A stretch of 51,795 nt of DNA from a virus (lineage: Duplodnaviria > Caudoviricetes): IMG/VR virus record IMGVR_UViG_3300047201_000017, positions 1-51,795 of that record. One strand, 5' to 3'. A program made the position numbers and the translations under genes. This document shows, in pieces, positions 47,446-51,795 of the stretch. Each line of letters starts with the position of its first letter. The stretch's first letter is position 1. Under the pieces are notes generated by a model. That model did not search any database. It saw only the letters and a program-made list of their open reading frames with translations, and was not told where the DNA came from.

Positions 47446-48009
47446 TTATAAAGTCTTTAATAAGTCAAATACCTTTATGGCATTTTCAATTGAAAGATCC
47501 AGTTCAAATTTGGCGTTTTCATTAGTGACTTCGATTGAATAAGGCATAAAACTATTTTCTTTGTAATGGGGGTAAATCTTTTCATTCTTATTTGCTTGCA
47601 TTCCGAAATATTCAGTTAATATGTCCAAATTTCCTGTTTTCTTGGTATCGTATTCGTCGTTATTATTTTTAATCTTTATAGCTTCTTGGTATTTAGGCAA
47701 ATATGCTAGCATAAATCGCTTTTTAATGGCTGATACAATCTTGTCGATAGTAGAGTTTTGATCTACCGTAATCGCTAACTTCTCCCTGTCATAAGGCATA
47801 CACGTATGTCCACTATTATCTATAGGCCACGCCGGAGAAATAAAAATCCTATTTTCTTGTTTCCAACCTCCATTTGAAACCCAAAAGTTAGCTGGCTCAC
47901 CTTTTATCTCTCCTAAGTTATTTTTAAACTCCGTATCAAAAGGTTCAAACACCATTCCCAACTTCTGAGCAACTTCATTCATTTTGTTAATAAACTCTTG
48001 ATGTTCCAT
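47446..48009 (-). CDS. Hypothetical early protein
   Basis: SD AAGGAGG; 187 aa. Confidence 0.65.
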   Translation of the reverse strand: MEHQEFINKMNEVAQKLGMVFEPFDTEFKNNLGEIKGEPANFWVSNGGWKQENRIFISPAWPIDNSGHTCMPYDREKLAITVDQNSTIDKIVSAIKKRFMLAYLPKYQEAIKIKNNNDEYDTKKTGNLDILTEYFGMQANKNEKIYPHYKENSFMPYSIEVTNENAKFELDLSIENAIKVFDLLKTL

Positions 48010-48426
48010 TTTAGCATTCCTCCTTGTTTGGTTGAATTGTTAGAATATCCACCTTATTAAAAGCAATATCCCGATCCACATTAAAATTGAAATTGGTATG
48101 GCAATTATTATTCCTTTCATTTGTTATCCTCCTTGTTTAAACATAGTCCCATCCTCTTTTTGTCTTTTACTTTATAGTCGCGATAGACACATATGACAGA
48201 CACTTTGGGAATAAAACCCTTAAACATTTTACAGGTTCCTGATTTTGGGCAAATCATTATGCCCTTCATTTTGGTACCTCCTTTAATATTCTAAATATCT
48301 GTTCCGAGCACTCAACCCACATACTACCCTGTAGCCTTTGACAATACGTCGGCCAAAGGCGATAGGTGGTCTTTCCATAAGTGATGATTATAGGCTTTGT
48401 CATTTTCCTTTTCCTCCCTTTTGATT

Positions 48427-48594
48427 TTATTCTGGTGTTTCCTCTGGTGTTTCCTCTGGGTAATCCTCACCGGTATATGCGTTTTTTAGCCCTCCGCCAC
48501 AGTTGGGGCAGATATTTGGATTGGTTTCGCTTGTCTCTTCGATGTCAGTGATCCAGCCACAGGATTTTTTTCTTCTGCATTCTATTGTGATCAT
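48427..48594 (-). CDS. 55-aa zinc-ribbon protein with PEET repeats (not in ORF track)
   Basis: SD GGGAGG; MITIECRRKKSCGW...CPNCGG...YPEETPEETPE*. Confidence 0.55.
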   Translation of the reverse strand: MITIECRRKKSCGWITDIEETSETNPNICPNCGGGLKNAYTGEDYPEETPEETPE

Positions 48595-48605
48595 TTTTTT
48601 CCTCC

Positions 48606-48854
48606 CTAATTTTTATTAAGTTCATAAAAATAGGTATTATATCCAAAATTACCCAAATAATTAATAATCCCCTGTAGTTTTAGATTCTGAAGTTCTAATA
48701 GGGTAACATAAAACATATCCCATTTATCTTTACCCCAAACATATTGATGAATGTTACCATCATCATTTTTCCCTTTAGTCAAACATTCTTTTATTTTAGT
48801 TCTAATTTCTATACCAGTCATTTTCCCTTCCTCCTTGATTTTGGTTTTGGTCAA
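48606..48854 (-). CDS. Hypothetical protein
   Basis: SD AAGGAGG before the internal ATG (MTGIEIR). Confidence 0.5.
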   Translation of the reverse strand: MTKTKIKEEGKMTGIEIRTKIKECLTKGKNDDGNIHQYVWGKDKWDMFYVTLLELQNLKLQGIINYLGNFGYNTYFYELNKN

Positions 48855-49120
48855 TAATTATTATAAATAATCAAATATGATTCCAATTTTGATAATAATT
48901 TTTGGGTATCTATTTTCCTTCCCCAATTTTCTGAAATAGAAGCGTGGTATGACATGTGATCTTCAAAGCACATTAATCTTAAATTGTCTGTATTATTATT
49001 AAAGGGATCTAAGTCTCGATGGTGAACAACAATGTTCCTCGGTAAATCAGGAATAAGTTTTTTAATTATCTTCCTTGCTTTCATTCTTGAATAGGTTTTC
49101 TTATTATTTTCTGTTGGCAT
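48851..49120 (-). CDS. HNH endonuclease
   Basis: VVHHRDLDPFNNNTDNL.L....H...H. Confidence 0.75.
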   Translation of the reverse strand: MPTENNKKTYSRMKARKIIKKLIPDLPRNIVVHHRDLDPFNNNTDNLRLMCFEDHMSYHASISENWGRKIDTQKLLSKLESYLIIYNNY

Positions 49121-50265
49121 GGTAAAAAAGTATACTGCATGTGGTATGCCAACAATGCCATATTGATTTTATTGGTGTTTTTACTCCAAAGTTTACATAA
49201 TAAATGCAAGTATTTTTATACCGAGGTTGATAACTTTGGATTATATAATAATATCGTAAAGATATGTCCTAATTAAAAATAATAGGGGGGTATTAACCAA
49301 TTTAATAGGGAGTTATCCACAGTTTTGAGGTAAATTAGTGAAATTATTCAATTCGGGTTGTGAATAACTTTTTAGTATGCAAGTAATCACTTTTTGGAGT
49401 ATAAAAATAATTTGAAAAAATATTAAATCGAAGGAAAGGGGAAAATCGGGACGCTACCGCAAGTCAGCGATTTTTCCCCCCAGCAAATCAAAGGGAAAAC
49501 CATGGACAGAGAGAAACCAATAATATCAATATGTTAACTGTTGTTTTTGACTTAACTATATAATATTATTAACTATCTCAGTATAACATAATACTATAGG
49601 GATTAAGGCAATTTGAGACTGTAATGATTTCAATATGTTAAGTGCCATTTTTAACCTAAGTATATGATATTATTAGATAACGCAGTATAGCATAATCGTA
49701 CAGGTGTATTAACTAGCTATTGCTAATATACTATAACTATATAATATTATTATATAAAAAAAAAAAAATACAATACTAAATTCGTAGAGTAAGTTAGTAT
49801 TATTGTTAGTGTTTATTTGTATATATATACCTGTACTATTTTGTTATACTGGCTTATTGAATAGTTTCGTATACTTAACTCAAAAACGACCTCGAAATTA
49901 TAGGTCTATGATAGGTAGTTATAAGATATTATGCGATATTATGAGATATTATATGTTTTGCTATTTTGCACTCAATAATATCAAGGGGTTATATGGTGCT
50001 TTTGTAAGTGTTTGTTATTATTATGTATTGTATTATTGATATTATATAACGATATCATAGTGTTATACTATTTCATATTATAAAATATTGTAATTATTCA
50101 CTTTAACAAAATACTATAGGCAATAAAACTATTATATATATAAATAAACACTAACAATTGTCTTGCTCAAAAATAGGCTTAGCCAAACGCCTTAGGTTGA
50201 GACTTTATGACTTAGGCAATATGATTGTATCTCTAACCAATTACGATTTTACTTGACATTTTAAT
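49121..50265. promoter_or_regulatory. AT-rich divergent control region with DnaA boxes, IHF consensus sites and a 104-bp-period imperfect repeat (candidate origin)
   Basis: TTATCCACA 49313-49321, TGTGAATAA 49359-49367; WATCAAN4TTR at 49524 and 49979, near-match at 49628. Confidence 0.55.
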
Positions 50266-50280
50266 ATGCATGTAAATAAT
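50253..50280 (+). promoter_or_regulatory. Candidate sigma70 promoter for terS (possibly leaderless mRNA)
   Basis: TTGACA, 16 nt, AATAAT; ATG 50287 lies 7 nt downstream with no SD. Confidence 0.4.
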
Positions 50281-50799
50281 GGTATTATGCCTGGACGAAG
50301 ACTTAAGAAAAATCCTGACATTATAAATAAGGTTTTATCATTGCAAGCTTCGGGACTCCCATATAAAGACATTGCAAAAGAAACTAATATTTCACTAAAA
50401 ACAGCCTGGCGAATCGCTACCGATGAAGACAATAAGAAAAAGGTCGATGAGTATAGAAAAGGATTTTATTATTCATTCTTAGACCAGGCAATTAAAAACT
50501 GGGAATCGTTTCTTCTCCTGCCTCATACCACCGCAAACCTTCCAATAGTCTTAAAAGCTACCGAGCGGACCTTAGAAGGCGCTACTATTCTCTCCAATCG
50601 CGATGGAACTAGCTATATAACCAATATTTATAATCAGCAAAACAATCTAACGCTAACTCCACTTGCCACTAGCGTGATCGAAAAATATATGCCGGAGTAT
50701 ATATCAACCTCTTCCACTCATTCGCTTGCAGATCCAGGTCCAGATGCACCAAACAATAATGCCCCAGTTGATAATGAGCATTCAGACAGTGATCCATAA
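50266..50799 (+). CDS. terS: Putative terminase small subunit (N-terminal HTH); start may be 50287
   Basis: GLPYKDIAKETNISLKTAWRI HTH, helical core, NIYNQQNN strand; first gene of the late arm. Confidence 0.6.
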   Translation: MHVNNGIMPGRRLKKNPDIINKVLSLQASGLPYKDIAKETNISLKTAWRIATDEDNKKKVDEYRKGFYYSFLDQAIKNWESFLLLPHTTANLPIVLKATERTLEGATILSNRDGTSYITNIYNQQNNLTLTPLATSVIEKYMPEYISTSSTHSLADPGPDAPNNNAPVDNEHSDSDP

Positions 50800-50944
50800 T
50801 ACATTATTTGCTATGTATAATTCTTGTGTATATCTCAAATTGCATAATAGTATTGCAAGGTTGACAAGATTGTCGAAGTTAACATAATAGTCTTTATCGG
50901 ACTAGTATATAACAATAGTTAATAGTATTATGGAGATAGTAGGT

Positions 50945-50982
50945 TGTGAATAAAGATGTGGATAAGTGCCAAGTTATCAACA
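50945..50982. promoter_or_regulatory. Cluster of three DnaA-box-like 9-mers
   Basis: TGTGAATAA 50945, TGTGGATAA 50957, TTATCAACA 50974. Confidence 0.5.
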
Positions 50983-51109
50983 ATATGGTAAATTGCAATG
51001 AGGTGGGGGGAGACCGGGACGGATTCCGAATTGCCAACGCTATTGCGTTAATAACCTCCCCACACACATTCGCATTCGCAAACACACACACATTCACGCA
51101 TGGAGAACA

Positions 51110-51169
51110 ATGCCTAACATAACCCAACTGCCGAAGATATACATGGATGGTATAATGGCCAATGAGTAA
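51110..51169 (+). CDS. 19-aa peptide duplicating the N-terminus of the next gene
   Basis: SD GGAG; MPNITQLPKIYMDGIMANE* versus MSNIAQLPKIYMDNIMTK. Confidence 0.45.
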   Translation: MPNITQLPKIYMDGIMANE

Positions 51170-51389
51170 TATTGCACAATTACCTAAGATATACATGGAT
51201 AACATAATGACTAAGCGGCTACAGAGTGGCTATAGGGAGCGACCGTGGGACGTGTTGGACGAGGATGATTGTTATTCGTGCAAGTACATGCAGGGGGTTA
51301 ATGTGGGGTGGGTATGTGGGGTATGGAAGATGTTGGTAACGGCGCATGGGTATTGCAAGTCGTATCGGAGGAGGATGGGGATAAAGTAA
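51162..51389 (+). CDS. Small Cys-rich (metal-binding) protein
   Basis: CYSCKY...C...V...GYC..Y. Confidence 0.6.
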   Translation: MSNIAQLPKIYMDNIMTKRLQSGYRERPWDVLDEDDCYSCKYMQGVNVGWVCGVWKMLVTAHGYCKSYRRRMGIK

Positions 51390-51399
51390 AGTATTAGGT

Positions 51400-51642
51400 A
51401 TGGAGGAAAACATGCCAAAGGGTGAGGCTCCTGTTTGTGATAAGTGTAAACAGAAAATGACTTGGGGTGGTGCTCGTGGGTGGCAGTTCTTAACTACTGG
51501 ATGTGAAAAAGAGTTGCAGTATATAAAGCCAAAGGCTGAGGAAAAGGCTAAGAAGAACAGCAAAAGCACTATAGATAAGTTAAACGAAGCAATAAGAAAC
51601 GTATGGAAGAGCGATATGAGTATACCTTATAGTAGGAAGTAG
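51400..51642 (+). CDS. Small zinc-binding hypothetical protein
   Basis: CDKC...C; start may be the internal MPKG after SD GGAGG. Confidence 0.55.
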   Translation: MEENMPKGEAPVCDKCKQKMTWGGARGWQFLTTGCEKELQYIKPKAEEKAKKNSKSTIDKLNEAIRNVWKSDMSIPYSRK

Positions 51643-51653
51643 GGAGGTTTATT

Positions 51654-51795
51654 ATGCCTTGTGGTAAAACTAAGAAGGGTAAGGGTAGAAAACATACGCC
51701 AATAACCTCAAAGTCACAGATGGGAGCGTTTGGCTCGTCTTACGGTGCTAAGAAAGCAGGCAAAGGCAAACCTTCTAAGACTCCTGCATCGGTAT
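51654..51795 (+). CDS. 5' part of the 80-aa Lys-rich basic protein crossing the junction
   Basis: SD GGGAGG; MPCGKTKKGKGRKHTPITSKSQMGAFG...; no stop before the window end. Confidence 0.75.
   Translation, partial: MPCGKTKKGKGRKHTPITSKSQMGAFGSSYGAKKAGKGKPSKTPASV

Noticed and set aside
48430-48460. 12-bp tandem repeat TCTGGTGTTTCC
   Set aside because: Encodes the PEET tail of a small zinc-ribbon protein; no sign of a separate function.
49803-50039. 78-aa Tyr-rich plus-strand ORF
   Set aside because: Low-complexity AT-rich non-coding region with no SD; overlaps an IHF-like site.
1-51795. Alternative genetic code, CRISPR array, or further attC sites
   Set aside because: Genes are full length and densely packed under the standard code; a by-eye scan found no repeat-spacer array and no other attC-like site, though a covariance-model search is needed to exclude divergent ones.

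Overview
The window looks like an essentially complete, circularly permuted ~51.8-kb dsDNA tailed phage genome of podovirus-like architecture. A Lys-rich ORF starting at 51654 runs off the end and continues in frame into bases 1-101. The + strand late arm (50.3 kb, through the join, to 30.1 kb) carries: terminase small subunit; a ~6-kb block of fiber, adhesin and membrane genes; an intein-containing terminase large subunit; portal, scaffold, Mu-gpT-like major capsid, head decorations, adaptor, nozzle and three ejection proteins; a holin candidate and an M15C endolysin. The - strand early arm (49.1 to 30.1 kb) carries HNH, Cro-like HTH, PD-(D/E)XK nuclease, Sak4/AAA ATPase, SSB, VRR-NUC, ERCC4 nuclease, an MCM-like AAA+ ATPase, two DNA methyltransferases and many small ORFs. 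I recognise no integrase, CI repressor, primase or polymerase. The most striking unexplained structure is a 407-bp integron-type gene cassette between terL and portal. It is bounded by two canonical-looking attC sites, its crossover core overlaps the terL stop codon, and no integron integrase is present. Other highlights: repeat-bounded ART-like modules in the largest ejection protein, a methyltransferase captured with the tail of its restriction enzyme, a perfect sigma70 promoter antisense to the endolysin, clustered DnaA boxes and IHF sites, several multi-stem RNA-like elements, and apparent non-AUG starts. All protein assignments come from motif recognition by eye; no database search was run.
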